Positions 40,595 through 55,395 of a DNA stretch of 64,000 nt are shown here, one piece after another. This stretch comes from Tubiluchus corallicola (taxonomy: Eukaryota > Animalia > Priapulida), in the NCBI GenBank assembly GCA_030141605.1, contig JAQGDQ010000306.1, positions 218,449 to 282,448 of the forward strand. Reading direction: 5' to 3'. Position 1 is the stretch's first letter. Every line of letters begins with the position of its first letter. The position numbers and the translations under genes are program-made. Below the pieces are notes generated by a model. That model made no database searches. It was not told where the DNA came from and saw only the letters and a list, made by a program, of their open reading frames with translations.

Positions 40595-41077
40595 GTTATT
40601 AATGCTGGTTATCTCTTGCTTTCATGTTGAATCCATAATTAATGGATGTATTGCAATCTGCAAATTCAGAATACCCCGTATTACTATCAGTAACATTAAA
40701 CTAACATTTGTCAATTGCCAATAATGGCTGGGCACTGACATTCTTTAGTTTTTCTTGCAATATAACATAATTGGCATTGTGTGCCAATTACTATTACCCA
40801 TCACTATAAAACTAGAAGCTTTTCCATTTTATTGTTTTACATCTTTATGCAGAATTACGCACAAATACTCGATTTGATCATGAGTACTCACGAAATAAAG
40901 TTGACATTCCTTATGCTTGTGACTTGTCCAAAGTGTACATCTTCTTGGCAGTCAGTTTTTATGACTTTATACAGAGTAGGCCTACTTATTTGCTAATGTT
41001 TGGAAAATGACTTTCTTCTTTTTTTAAATAAGCACACTACATTATAACACAACTTTATTATGTACACTATATTTCAG

Positions 41078-41276
41078 TTTATGGAGTACCAAAACAAGCG
41101 AGGTGGGCGAATAATACTACAGGATATCAGAAAACCACCTAAGGATGAGTGGGGTAGCGGACTTGAAGCTATGAAGGACGCCTTAGAAATGGAAAAAAAT
41201 GTGAATGAATCTCTCCTTAAACTACATGGTCTTGCTGAGAAACATTTCGATGCTCATCTAGATGAATGGGTAGAAG
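41078..41276 (+). CDS. Ferritin paralog 1, exon 2
   Basis: atttcag|TTT; [20 protein letters not shown]...ALEMEKNVNESLL...HLDEWVE; G|gtgagc. Confidence 0.95.
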
Positions 41277-42616
41277 GTGAGCATCAGATGTCATTAGTGG
41301 GTGGGAACAGATATGTTTGAATGTTTGGCTGCTCGTCCGAGAACAAGGAGAGGCCGTTAGGGCAAGACCATGTGGCTATTACATATGTTCAGTGATTACA
41401 GTTAGGTAGTGCATTGATTCAGCGTTTATTCTGTTGTTCTGGAAGTTTCATCTGCTCTACTACCTGTGCATTTTTTATCTGTTGAGGGAGGTGTATCCGT
41501 ATCTGAACATGACTTTCCCAGTCGTACTGCAATCTGCCCTGTTACTGCATGCTAGAAACAACGTGCATAAAAAAGCAGGTGGTTTTATAGTAGCTATGCT
41601 GCTCATTGTGCTAGCTTTAATGATTAGAGCTTAAATGAGCACAAATGGTAAACAACCATGACCAGTGATTGGTGGAAACTAATTGATGAGTCAGTAGTGC
41701 ACTCAACCATTAGTTTAAAGGGATAAACAACACTTTAAGAAATACATAAAGGTAATGAAACAAGAAGGTTTGCAGATTTACTTATCGAAAATGAGTCCAT
41801 ATAACTCATAAAATAGGAAGGTTTGCAAATTTGCTCATCGAAATGATTTGTTGGTAAAAACTTTAACTTGTTTATTATTTTAGTCCAGTTTGACTCAAAT
41901 ATATTTCTATATGAAATTTCAAAACCAGAGAAAGAAATTAAGAAATTCACTAAATGTGTTTGTCTTCGATTGAGTCAAATGGATTGAATCCAAGTAACAA
42001 CAATACTGTACTTTACATACTTCGCCTTTCTAACATGTAACCTATTACTTTGTGCAGAATGTACCTGCAGTGTTTTGCAGTCACGTATGTTAAATGACTA
42101 CTAAATTTATTAAAATAGTCTAATCTAATGCATGTTTCTTATTAGCCGATTTTGCCTTCTGATCTTTCTGAGTCAGTGACAGTATTAAAACTTTGGCATG
42201 TGTGCATCTTGAAATTAGAAAAGGCCTAGTATACTGACTCATTGAGGGTCAGCAGTTTTTAGGTAGCTGCCCACCAGGTCTTGAAGATCAACAAGTTTGA
42301 AGGAATGTAGAAGCTCCCATGGGTACCTTAATTCTTAGGCAAGAAAATTCCGTTCGTGCTTGTGAAGTAGAACAGGGCCCACTTTATTGGTTTTTTAGGC
42401 TTATAAAATTTAACATCCTTGTCACCAATGCTAAACTAGGCTAAGTTTAACTTTTAAAACATTTTGATTGCAGGGGGAACTTGTGGCCTGCACTTTGTAA
42501 CTGGCTTTGATAAGTCACATCTGCTAGTTTGTGCCACCTTGGATTACGAGGGTTACCTGGCAAGTAACTGTGACCAGCACAATACAATATACTTGATCTT
42601 TAGCTTTTTCTTTCAG

Positions 42617-42777
42617 AGGATTTTCTTGCTGAACAAATAGAAGCTATAAAAATGCTGTCCGATTTTGTTACAAAATTGGAACGATGTGGTCCTGGCCTTG
42701 GTGAATACTTGTTTGACAAAGAAGAACTTCAGAAATCTTCAGGAGCTGCACATGGTGGTGGTTCAAAAACCTCATAG
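42617..42777 (+). CDS. Ferritin paralog 1, exon 3 (missed by ORF track); protein 198 aa
   Basis: tttcag|AG; [53 protein letters not shown]; AATAAA at 42947 and 42967. Confidence 0.93.
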
Positions 42778-43629
42778 ATCCTAATAACTAATCATAAATC
42801 TGCATTTTTCCTTTCTGGTGGCGTTAAAGTATTAAGTGTATTTTACATGTACCTGATAATTATGAACTAACTGTATTCCTGTGATATAAAAAAACTTGTT
42901 ATATTTGCACCAGTTTAAATTTCTATAATACATCATGTAATTTATAAATAAATTACTGTGAAACTTAATAAATAAACTTACCTCATTTTAGCCGTGGTAA
43001 TTTAATCAGTTGACCTTACCTCAATTTTATTTATAATGTTATTTTCATTTTACAAATTTTGTATAGCTGAATTTTTGGAAGTGGTCATAAGCAGTTTGAA
43101 CGATATAAAAACTTAATTAACTTTTTAAAACAATCATCAGCAGTAGTAGTCCATACCCAAAAATAAGGGTATCTGACATAAAGTAATCATTCTTTCACCA
43201 AAGCTTCTAGGCATTTACCAGTTATCATAGCCTTCTGAAAATCCATATGTATATGATGGATACATATATGTCTTTAAATTATGAGATACAACATAGTCTC
43301 ATAACAAACATCATATCATAAATTCCCCCGTTTTGTCATCATGTATACAATACTACTTACACTGTACTGTTACTGTGAGTGCATCAAATATATAATGCCA
43401 ACTCAACCAAGAACTAACAATGATCATTCCTTGAGACCATCAGCAATAGAAATAGTTGGACCACTTTAACAAGAAAAATTCCCTAATAATGCAAACAAAC
43501 TGAAAATATTCATTCACTGACTGCAGGAAGCTGTCCCTGCTTAAAGCTTCCTAACAGTAACAAAAATGCGTGTGTGGCACAAAAAGACTAAGGTAAGCCT
43601 CCAAACGTCATTGCTGGGAAGTTGCAGTA

Positions 43630-44830
43630 CTTTTATTGATGATGTATTCGAAGTGTTAGTGGTGACATAGGTCTCTTTGCTGATGGCACCTCACTAATGG
43701 AAATGTCAAGGACTTCTAAGTGCTAAATGTTTAAACTCTTAGTTGTTAACCACAGAACATTGGGCTGGCCAGTAGAATGTTATTTTCAAACCTGAAAAAC
43801 CTGATGTCTTGTTATTTAGTCCACTCCCTCAAACACTGCTCTACCTTAATAACATTGTCTTAAAAACTTCGCATAAACATCTTGGTGTGCGTCTCCAATC
43901 TAACGTGAAATGTGATGTTCATATGCTACATTCAACAGAGAAAGCACATAAACAGCTGATTATGTTGAAAAAAATTCTCCTGATTCACCCTGTCAGATTT
44001 TAGAACAACTTTACAAATCTATGGAACTGCTGTGTTCTTGAATGCGCTGACTGCTTGGTGCAATATGCTGACACGCCATTATGAGGGACCTTTATTTTCT
44101 GTAAGGCAAAGAAAGGTTTCAAATTTCCAATATAACATATTTGTTATATGACAATGACTTTGATCTGCTATATTTAATATGTAGAAGACTTTTATAAACT
44201 CTATATGTTTTGTAAAATTGTCAATAGATTGTATCCATCTTCTCTGTTTGAATTACTGCCCCCTACTAATAGAGAATTATCTGTTTATGGGTTAAGAAAT
44301 CGTAATAATCTATGACATTTAGTACTCTTTGTGGTTACTTTCGTAATTCTTTCTTTCTTCGGCTGTATTTGATAGCAATAGGCTTCCTTCTTATGTACAA
44401 TTATCAGTGTACATAACTGTGTAGTTTTAAACATTATTTAAGGAATTATGTAAGTTTCGTAAACAGACCCAAACATTTAACTCATTGTACAATTCCCAAC
44501 TGCGTAAACCATACTCGCTTAAAAATAGCTTAATTATCGTTTAAACGTGCACAGTTGTAAAGATTCTAGTGCTAATATTGTTGGTAACAAATTATCTTGT
44601 TGTTACCATACTGAATCTGTTACCCATTATTTCTCGAATGTGCAAGTTATCCATTTTTGTACTTAAACAATATTATTCCATTTAAAATTCTCTTGGATAC
44701 TGAATTTCTGATTAGTCTTCTCTTAAAATTAAGTGGTAGTACCCTTCTAAACTATCACCAAAATATGATTGTTTAACATTGTTCAAACATTCATAAAAAA
44801 TACTTGCAGACTTGTTTATTAATGTGGCAC
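43630..44830 (+). mobile_element. Degenerate CR1/L2-type LINE 3' fragment (RT C-terminal half; boundaries approximate)
   Basis: FIDDV...DIGLFADGTSL (FADDT motif), EHWAGQ*NVIFKPEK, HKHLGVRLQSN, LEQLYKS, KIVNRLYPSSLFELLP...YGLRN; many stops and frameshifts. Confidence 0.8.
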
Positions 44831-45264
44831 ACTTTGCTTATCAATGTAGTAACCCTGTCCATATATATTATTGAGAGCTGCGTTGCCTTGTATGCTTTTT
44901 CGTCTTTCTGAGGCCTCTGTATGGCTATCAGCACTACCTGTGGCCAAAGTTTATTTATTTTTTTTGTCAGTTACAATCCGTTGCACAAACTAAGTTTAAT
45001 GACATCCAATATACAGTACGCGCGCGTTTTTGGTTTTCCTTTTTGCTTCTACGTACTGCTAAGGTTAGCGGAAGCTGTACGTTATAAATTTATCCGTCAT
45101 GCGCAAACCCGAGTTGCAAGAGATCAATGAAGAGAATGAACCAGTCAGACTCCAGGTGCTGCAGAGCTGCTGCCACCGCTTCGACCTCTGTCAGTTCTTG
45201 TGTTTCTGTATAAGAAATCCAGTTCCCATCCGGCTTTTGACGTTCATCTTTCTCACACGAAATC

Positions 45265-45462
45265 ATGGCTACTAGTAGGGTGCGGCAGAATTATCATGAA
45301 GAGTGTGAAGCGGCTGTTAACAAGCAGATTAATTTAGAGCTGTATTCTGGTTACGTTTATCAAAGCATGCACCATTATTTCTGTCGTGATGATGTTGCTC
45401 TACCTGGATTCGCAAACTTTTTCAAGAACAGCGCCGATGAGGAGAGACAGCACGCTGAAAAG
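45265..45462 (+). CDS. Ferritin paralog 2, exon 1
   Basis: [35 protein letters not shown]...[11 protein letters not shown]; AAG|gtgaac. Confidence 0.94.
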
Positions 45463-45564
45463 GTGAACGCCATCTTTGTTTCCACTAGATTATATTTTCT
45501 GAAGACGGGAGATTACTTAATGAAACGTAGAACCTTGAGTTTAATTCACTAATATACAGATAAT

Positions 45565-46213
<649 letters not shown>

Positions 46214-46631
46214 CGATCGATCGATGACTCTCGCTGCAAAATTCATTACTGTTCTCAAACACCTGATTCCTTTCACCTTGTTAAAATGTCTCAGTTCAGT
46301 AATCCTTCACTGTAAGATGTTCTCCCTGTAAGAACAATGGTCAAAATCACTTCAAATGAAACAATGGAAATGTTATAGTTGTATAATGAAAAAGATGCGC
46401 TAAAGTAGAAATGTGCATATTGTATTGTCGTTTGCTGTTTTTCTATACAGCATTTTATTCACAGTGAAAACATTCGAAATGTAACCTTTGTTGTCAGTGT
46501 GAACATAACAACACATTTACCATCAAACTGCCACTGATGCCTGCCTGTGCTAATGTACTTTTTTCATTCAAAGGATCGTGCACTCAACTTTGTTAAACAT
46601 AAATAAAACCTCTGTTATTGCTGCATTTTAG

Positions 46632-46830
46632 TTGATGGACTACCAAAACAAGCGAGGTGGTCGCATTGTACTGCAGGACATCAAGAAGCCATTTAAAGAT
46701 GGATGGGGCACTGGATTGGATGCTATGAGAGATGCACTAGAGCTGGAGAGACAAGTGAATGAATCTCTACTCAAATTACATGGGCTTGCTGAAAAACATT
46801 TTGATGCTCATCTAGATGACTGGGTAGAAG
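46632..46830 (+). CDS. Ferritin paralog 2, exon 2
   Basis: ttttag|TTG; [20 protein letters not shown]...[13 protein letters not shown]...HLDDWVE; G|gtgggc; same length (199 nt) as paralog 1. Confidence 0.95.
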
Positions 46831-48455
46831 GTGGGCAGTTGGTTTTATCTGCTGATCTAAAGCATGAGTTAATTGCCAGTCGGTCTCTAGCCGATTGGCA
46901 ATTCATCATTCAAAAATAACTATTTGGTTAGATGCATCACTGTTGACTTGGTTTCAAAATAAGATGGATTGGTTTACCTCCTTAAATATGAACAAGTTGG
47001 TGCTAAGACCTTATTTAAATACCAAATTCATTTGCCTAATAGGTAATTTTCACATACGCTTCTCAAGTATGGTCATGATTATACAAATAAATAAATGGTC
47101 ACTTTGCTTTATATTATTATCCATGTTCACCACAGTCTACAGAATTTTAGTATTTGATCAGAGGAGCAATGCACGTGAAAACAGCTAATGAGCTGCTTTT
47201 TCAGCATTGTCCTGTTTGGAGTCTATCCACTAATATATTTGCCTTCATGTGGCATAATTATGGTACTTAAGCGGCTTTAAATGTTATAAAAAGCTGTGTC
47301 AAGTTTGGTCTGTAGTAAGCCTGCTCTTTTTACCTTAACCGGCTTAGTGTCTCATTTTAGAGAACTATCTTAGATAATGAAATAAATTCTGGTTCTGCCA
47401 AAATCACTTGTGTTAAATAGTTCTTCTCGTTAGGTGTTGAATTCTAGCTTTGTGAGTGCCATGCTATATAAATAAAAAAAAACATACAAATGCTTCTACG
47501 TAATAATGGGTTCCTTTGTGTACAGTACCGCCGCACAACTGACAACATGCAAGGTGTTACTGCTTTTATTCATTTTCATTCTGAACAAAGAGAAGTTTAT
47601 TTTTTGCCTTTTGTTAGGGCTATAAACAAATGAGACAAATTGAAACTAAAGACAGAACTAGAAAAAAAAGACAAACAGTCATTGCTGGGATCGGTACTTC
47701 AAGTGAATAAAAATTTGTAAATAAAACTTGTTTTTTTAAGTTAACCCGAATAACATTGGTTACTGCCTCTTCAGTTCTTTGCTTTGAATATTTAAATATT
47801 GGTTGATTAGGTGTATTGAATTTTTTCCACAAATCATTGTTTAGTGTCTACTCTAACTAGCTTTTGTCTGGTAAAGTTGATCTGTAGAGGATCGAATTTG
47901 ACATTTAAAATAAATTGTGTTCAAGCATGTGCCTACATGGTGTTCAAGGACAGCAGGTTTTCGGGTTTCCAATTACCACATTTTCGCATGACTGTGTGCT
48001 TACAGAGGAACTTACTGTGGTGCTGCTACTTGATCTTAGCATAAAATTCAGGAATATACTACTCAGGAAAGTCATGTACTGTATTTTACTGACAGCTTAG
48101 TTTTATATTGGCGATCTATTTTATACGCAATACTGGTGATGTAGGATTTAGGTCCATTCTATGGGGACTTGAACTCGAACCAAAATGCTTGAATTCAGAA
48201 TCGACAGTAAAGTTGAACTGCTCACAGATTAACAGATTTTATCATTTCCAAGTAACCAACAGCAAGTAAAGTCACAAATTTTAAGTACTCAGCTGTCAGA
48301 CATTGCCTTCATGTTCTGGAAGGACAGTCTATTATTTTTTATTTCTGTATGTTCATTTTATTTCTTTTTTTGTAATTTTAGCAGTGAGATCCTTTGCTTC
48401 TCTTAAATGCAACTGCCTGGAAAAAAGTTTTCAAAAACTTCACTTTTTCTTACAG

Positions 48456-48616
48456 AGGAATTTCTTAATGAACAAGTAGATGCAATAAAGATGCTGTCTG
48501 ATTATATTACAAAACTGGAGCGATGTGGCCCTGGCATTGGGGAATACTTATTTGACAAAGAAGAGCTTCAGGAGAAATCTGGATCGGCACATGGTGCAAT
48601 GTCAAAAGCTTCATAG
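48456..48616 (+). CDS. Ferritin paralog 2, exon 3; protein 185 aa
   Basis: ttacag|AG; [53 protein letters not shown]. Confidence 0.94.
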
Positions 48617-51600
48617 ACACCCAAGTTCTGCACATAATTCTGCCTCTTTTTCCTGGTAGTGTTATAGTACTAAAATGTGTTGTTACCTTCTTTTTGATAA
48701 TAGGGACAGCTATATTTCTTTTGGAATTTGCTGTTTTATGGGAACTGCTTAATATTTACTTAATCATGTACAAAAATTATCTCGCTTAAAATATTTTATT
48801 ATCTCAGCTGGTGTACGTTAAAATCTCAAAGTTTACAAGATTCATTTGGAATTTTTGCCCAAAACACCGTTCTCTGTACCTCTTTATTATAGCAAGTGCT
48901 TGTCTTATTTATTTTATTTAGCCTGGCTATTTAATCCTTTATTCTTTTTTGTAGAATATGTTTAGCGTTTTTGAGTTAAGCGTTATTTACATAAAAGAAG
49001 TGCGAAGGTGTCTTGTTGAAATTTCATGTCTTTTCGAGCAAAAAAGTTGAGCTGCTGCTTGGAATTTGTATTAATACCTAGATTTTTGACATGTAAACAG
49101 ACTTCAACAACATCAAATATTCAACATCAGTAAGCTGTGTTTTTATTATTACAAATTTCAGGCAGTAATGCTTTTACTGTGTTTACTGTTTAGTAGATCT
49201 CATAATTAATTATTGTGTATGTTATAAAATTGCTCAAACTTTTACTAACTCTGAAAACTGCTACTGTTAACTTACTCGTTACTAAAAATTTGTGATTACT
49301 TGTACGCTGTTCCACAATGAATTATATGTGTGACCACCAGCAAAATATTATTGCTGACATTGCTGAATAATAACAAAACAAAATCTAACAAAACACAGCA
49401 GATGCATCTAGTCATATGTCATAGTGATGCTCATACAGTATAGCACTGAACAAAATTTGAAATCTTATTCTGATGTTTTAACAAAGCATCCTTACATTTC
49501 AATTAGTGACAGACTTGGCACTTTTCATTGCGACACTCCTTGCTTAACTGATCATGTGTACAATTCATGATCTGATAATTTTACAAGTTCATTGGCTGAC
49601 TAAGTGGTGACTATGGTAGTGAATTTTGACTTGAATACATAAAATTGTGTGGAGTAAAGTGGTAGCTTTGCATCTTTATTAGCAATGTAGTATTTTAATT
49701 TTTAGCCATATACTATATATATATATATTATACATTAATATGACATTATACTGTGTGACTGTGTTATAATAGGAAAGAACAGGTTGTTAATCTTGAATTA
49801 TCCATTCATTTTTGCAAAACAAAAATTGCAACCGAAAATGAAATAAGAAAGATGTCAGCTCTATATGTTCGAATGGTACTAATCTGAATTCTTGTTAATT
49901 TTATTTAACAATGGTCTAGCAATACTAATTTAAATTTTTGTCATTGATTTTACTTAATAGTGGTATGGCATTGCTAATCCTTTTATTTTAGTGACTGGCC
50001 TAGCTTCCTAGCACAAAGTACAAATGGTAATAATTAATAAGCCAATTGTTTTCGCAGCTCATTGTGGCCTTTTGTTTTTTTATTTCAGGACTATTCTTAC
50101 TCTGTTACAGCGATACACATTTAAAAAAGTTAATGCTCAAGTACAGAACATTTCATTATTTTCTGTTTAGCTTATTTTTATTTGATTTTACACGAGGCAG
50201 GGTGTCTGACTAGTTTCACATAGTTTACATGTCTGAAAACTAATAAAAATAAAACGGCACAACTTCATCTGAATTTAACATTTCTTCGAATCATTTGTTC
50301 CCCTTTGGTTCTGTGATTATTATGTAGCACGTTAGCTTGCCTTTTTCATTTGATTGGTGGCACCAAGAAACTAATTTGTGTTTATATTGGATGACCTGCT
50401 GTTCACTACATGAATGAACAATGAAGAGTTTTGTATCTCTAAACCACATGCACCTTATTACTTAACTGCGTGTCTATGTACAGTGACCATTAGTGTAGAA
50501 AACTCTGTTCACTCTCGATAAGTATGTGAATCAATTTTTTCAAAATGCTGAAATTGTTTAACTGGCTTAGAAAGTTTTTTGCTATGCATGCTTACATGTG
50601 TCTGCATATCTATGCTAAAAATGTCAAAAACTAAAACATTAATTAAATTGTGAGAATTTATTAATTATACATGATAGTAGTCAGACATACATATGGGAAT
50701 GTATAAATGATCATTGACAGTAACTGAATTTTGTTATGGACATGGGGCAGACTGCAATATACATCAAGAAAAAAATCTGCTTTTTCGTAGCGAATAGTAA
50801 TGATGCATTCATACAAACAACCAGGTTTTTGCAGCAAAGTATTAAGGTTTTTTTATATATGTGTATAGAAAAGGACAATTTCAGCACCAGGTTTTACAAA
50901 ACTGAATGATGGTACAATGTGAAAGGTTACTTCCTATAGAAGAGGGAAAGTTGTTCGTATTAATGCGCTATTATTATCAAGATCACTTTTTTTTAAATTC
51001 GTAATACATAGGCCTATATTACCATACCACAGCAGTGACATTGCTGGCACATTATTCAATAAACAAAAATCGCAGTTAAAAAATTAGCTCGAAATCCTTA
51101 GCAAATTTGTTTAGAAGCTGGTGGAGTACAACTAATGACAAATCCTAGAATGGTTTCACCAAGAAAAGTTACTGCTAGTCTGCAATCCAAAGGGGTACTT
51201 TTAAAAAAGCACTTTCAAAAGGTTTTCAAACAAGACAACACAAGTTGAGAATAGCAGAACATTCACACATACAAATGCGCAACAGTATCATTAATAAAAC
51301 GCTCACTACTAATACGACTGATATAATTTACTAATCTAATTACAATGATAACGTAAATTATTTATTCATTCACAATACATCACAAAAGTTCAGTGCACTT
51401 GTGTACAGTCACTTGGGAATGCCTGCCAGAATAAAACATACAAAAAGTGAAATCTGGCAGTGCCCATATGGGTATAAATTATGTGCAGCTTCACATGTAT
51501 TATCTAGAAATGCCTTAGAAAACAAAACGCTAATTGTGGAATCAAAAACGTAGTCCACATATACTCATACAGACATGTTACTTTTGCTACATCCTATTTC

Positions 51601-52274
51601 AAAAGACTATAATTACTGCACCGATTATAACATTTCAAACACTTATTATAAATTTCTATTTATTCTTACATAACAGCAATTAATATCTACATTCAAGTAG
51701 CTCATTAAATTAAAAACAAAATTCATCATATCTAAACCCTAAAAGAAGTTGGACTATAAAAGATTATAATAGAGCAATTCACTAACTTTTAAAACTTCTT
51801 CCAACCATATTCTGCCGTCAACACTTGCAGACATCAATCAGTTAATCAATTAAAACTCAATGCTAGGCATAATTAATCTGTAATAAAGCTTGTGGTACAA
51901 ACTCAAAACTAAGATGGAAAAACGCACCAAGAACATTATAAACGATTATGCAAGTGGAGCCCAGAAAAGTGTCAAGTCTATCGAATAACTGAAACTTTAA
52001 GTATAGACGCATAGAAGCCTAGCAGTTACAAAATTACACAAAAAAATTGTGGAGTGCAGTACCAAAAATACTGGCAAGGAACAGGTTAAGCACTTGCAGC
52101 TATAAACAACTGCCAAATGCCAATACACAGTCACTAATGAAAAAATACTTGTGCTGAAAATCTGGAAACCATTTGGAAATCTTTTTACTAAGGTATAAAT
52201 TAGGAATCTGTTGCAATAAAGTGGATACCAGCTCAATTTTGAAGTGGGATCTGCTGCAAGGATCAAAACGAAAC

Positions 52275-52416
52275 ATTAGAAATTATATCATATTGTTACC
52301 TCATATACCTGCAAGTTTTAAATAAATAATTTTAATTATGCTATTTTTTCCATAATTAAAGTTATTTATTCAAAACTCGCAGGTATATGAGGTAACAATA
52401 TGATATAATTTCTAAT
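52275..52416. repeat. Near-perfect inverted repeat, 66-bp arms, 10-nt loop
   Basis: 52275-52340 is the reverse complement of 52351-52416 with 3 mismatches. Confidence 0.92.
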
Positions 52417-55395
52417 AATGACAAAGCACATAGAAATATAATACAAACCAGCAAACTTTACACTTCTCATTTACCACTCTTTAATCCCATTACTACACTT
52501 ATAATAACTGTATTTTCTAACTAAAGTCAAGGTGATTAAGTGCAACACATCTTATCACTATTTAAACAATAGCAGCAAAACCAATTAGCTAATACGTGAC
52601 TACATGAGACATGAAAATGCATTAATGATTAAACTTCAGCATCTTTCTAGCTTCTGGTTTTCTACAATATAAACATTTATCCATAATTACTAAACAAAAA
52701 TCTTTAAATTTAAAAGGGGTACTGCATCTGATCAAAACATCCAACGACAGATTTTTTTGAACCATAATGACATAGCCAAAAAATCTGCTTACAGATTACA
52801 AAAACTACGACAAAATCAAAGACTGCACTTCGACAATAAAAGGGCGAAACATTTTTGCGGCAGTAAAATTAACTAAAACAATATGTACTGATATGCAGAT
52901 TATATTCCATGGCTGCACATGAAATATGTACCAACTCATATGTATACGTCTTCGGAATTTCCCATCATTAATTAAAAATAATTGTTGCGTTTCATTAATT
53001 CAGCTAACTATATTCGTGAAACTAATTCCACTCACTCTGTATAAGTACACTATTGAACTATGGTATAACATATTACACTGTACTATAAAATGCTGCTTCA
53101 CAGTTGTCACAATGTTATCATTGTAGTTTATACTCATTTATGCACTACAGCACGGAATATCATTTTGGAACACACAGTATACATGTAGTTGCACAGATCA
53201 ATATTTTCGCAAGATGTTTTGCCAAAAAGTACAGCATCTGTGTAATGTACTCGCAGATCAAATATATTAAATGCTAAATACAAGCACAATGCAACAAAAT
53301 TATTCAAAAGGGCTGCTTAAGTTAACAGCCCGAATCTCGACATAAAGAGGCTCAGCTACTGCAGTAAGCAGCAGAGTTGGTGAAACAAACAACGAAGCTA
53401 TAGAGATGACAAACAAGCAGACAATGATGAATCAACCAAAGATCAATCGAAGTAACATTGACATAAACAGCAAACTGCTAAAATTAGCCACAGAGGTGAC
53501 CGAACTAACAACATTGCTGATGAACTATGCAATAAATCTCCCAAACAAAAGATATAGCAACTCAAATCTTCAAGAAAATTGATGAAACAATCATTGAAAC
53601 AAACAACAAAAATTGTTGTAGCTCAACTAGAATCATATCAAGCACAGGAAAAACAAGCAAAAAATATTCTAAAATTTTCTAAATGCAACTTTTAATTTTC
53701 TTAATAATGTGTTGATAAATATAGACTTTTTCTTACTTAATGTGAAAATTAATGTGCAGTTACTATACATTATTGCTTATGATTTGTTATGTATACATAC
53801 GCTGACTTGGTATACACTCTAAACACTTGATTTGATAGGAATTATTCCTAGGTGTGTGTATATATAATTTTGTACTGCTTGTCTTGTTTTTGAATAAGTC
53901 TATAAACTTTAACTAACTAATAAGTGGACTGGCATTTATAGTTTCTAGTACTGTTTAATAAATAAACAGACACTCATCAAATAAGACCTTGTACATCAAC
54001 GCATCAACAATTTTCTACAAAGTAAAAATATAACAACTGATGTAAAGCAGTGTTGTTTGCTTATAACAAAAATGTAACTACACTGTACAACTTTTCAATT
54101 GTTATCATATTCTTCAATACATTTCCAAATTCCAAAAGAAAGGTTAAAGAACTGCACCAAAAACAAAAATTACATAGTAAAACCATCAAGTATTTGCTTC
54201 ACAACAATGCATAATTATAATAAAAACGGCAAATCTAATTACCAATCGGCAGTCTGTTAACATCACTTTAACCCTTACCATACTGTTAGTGCGAGATACA
54301 GAAATCATTAGATCAGTTTTGTGATCAAAGCAATCACTTAAGTGCACAAAAATGACACATCGTCTAGGATGGGTCAATATTAATCACCTAATACTAACAA
54401 GAAGGGATATGATTAATGCTCAAAAGGCGCTAACATAGCCCTCATGCACAAATCACCTTCTACATCAGACACCATTTACACTTTGCACATAAATTCTGCC
54501 CACAAGTCATACACAGAAAGTAAAAAACATGTCCATTTATGTGTCAAAAACACTTTAAACCATTTGACAGCACTTGCAAGCAGCACTTAAGCTAATTTGC
54601 AAACTGTATCCATAGTGCATTGTGAATATGCAATTGCGGATTACTGTCCAAAGACGCACAGTTAGACAGGTCTATGCAAAATCAGCATTTAACAAGTGCT
54701 GTGGACAAGCATATCACAGCCAGCAATACAAAACCAGATTTTTTTAATTAGCTCAGTTTAACAATCTTAATTAAACTTTGATTTTCTTTAAAACACTCCC
54801 AATTATATTTATAAAACGATACCCCACCTACTTTCAAATTTTGCCATAAATTTGGCCAAATTACGACAGGGCAATAGAACAGCTTTAAAATGGAAATGCA
54901 ATTGCCGCAATACAAATTATGATGAATGTTTACAAATTATGACAATTATTCAAATTTTGGCAGCTTATGGCGTAACTGAATATTAGCAAAGCATGCCCTG
55001 TTCAACAGTCGATCCTTTTACGAACAAAGTTTAATTCTAAACAGCAAACTAGAAATTGTATCAATTGATTAGTAATAACATTTCTATATCTATTTGCTAT
55101 TGCCTATCTAACATGCAATTCTACAGCATAAGTTTCATAACTAGTTTTTTATATTTTCTTACTAAAATGCTGCATGTACAAAATGCAAAAAACACTTCAA
55201 TTTCATATTTTCCTAAAAAAATGGTAGTCATAGAAGGGGCTCTATCACAGCCTCACAAGACATCAAGCAATGCATAGTTTGCTTTACAGCAATATATATC
55301 GATTAATCAACATATACAGGATGATAGACTGAAAAGCTTGTAGGTAAAATGTAAGACAGCAAAGCTAGATTAGAGAAATTTCTCCGGAATTTAGT

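Noticed and set aside
42778-42870. Stop-codon readthrough extension of ferritin 1 (about 30 open codons after TAG)
   Set aside because: The paralog hits TAA after six codons and the shared UTR block is not in a conserved frame.
45155-45175. CAGAGC as a variant IRE loop upstream of ferritin 2
   Set aside because: Flanks (TGCTG/TGCTG) do not form the 5-bp upper stem and there is no bulged C at the right position.
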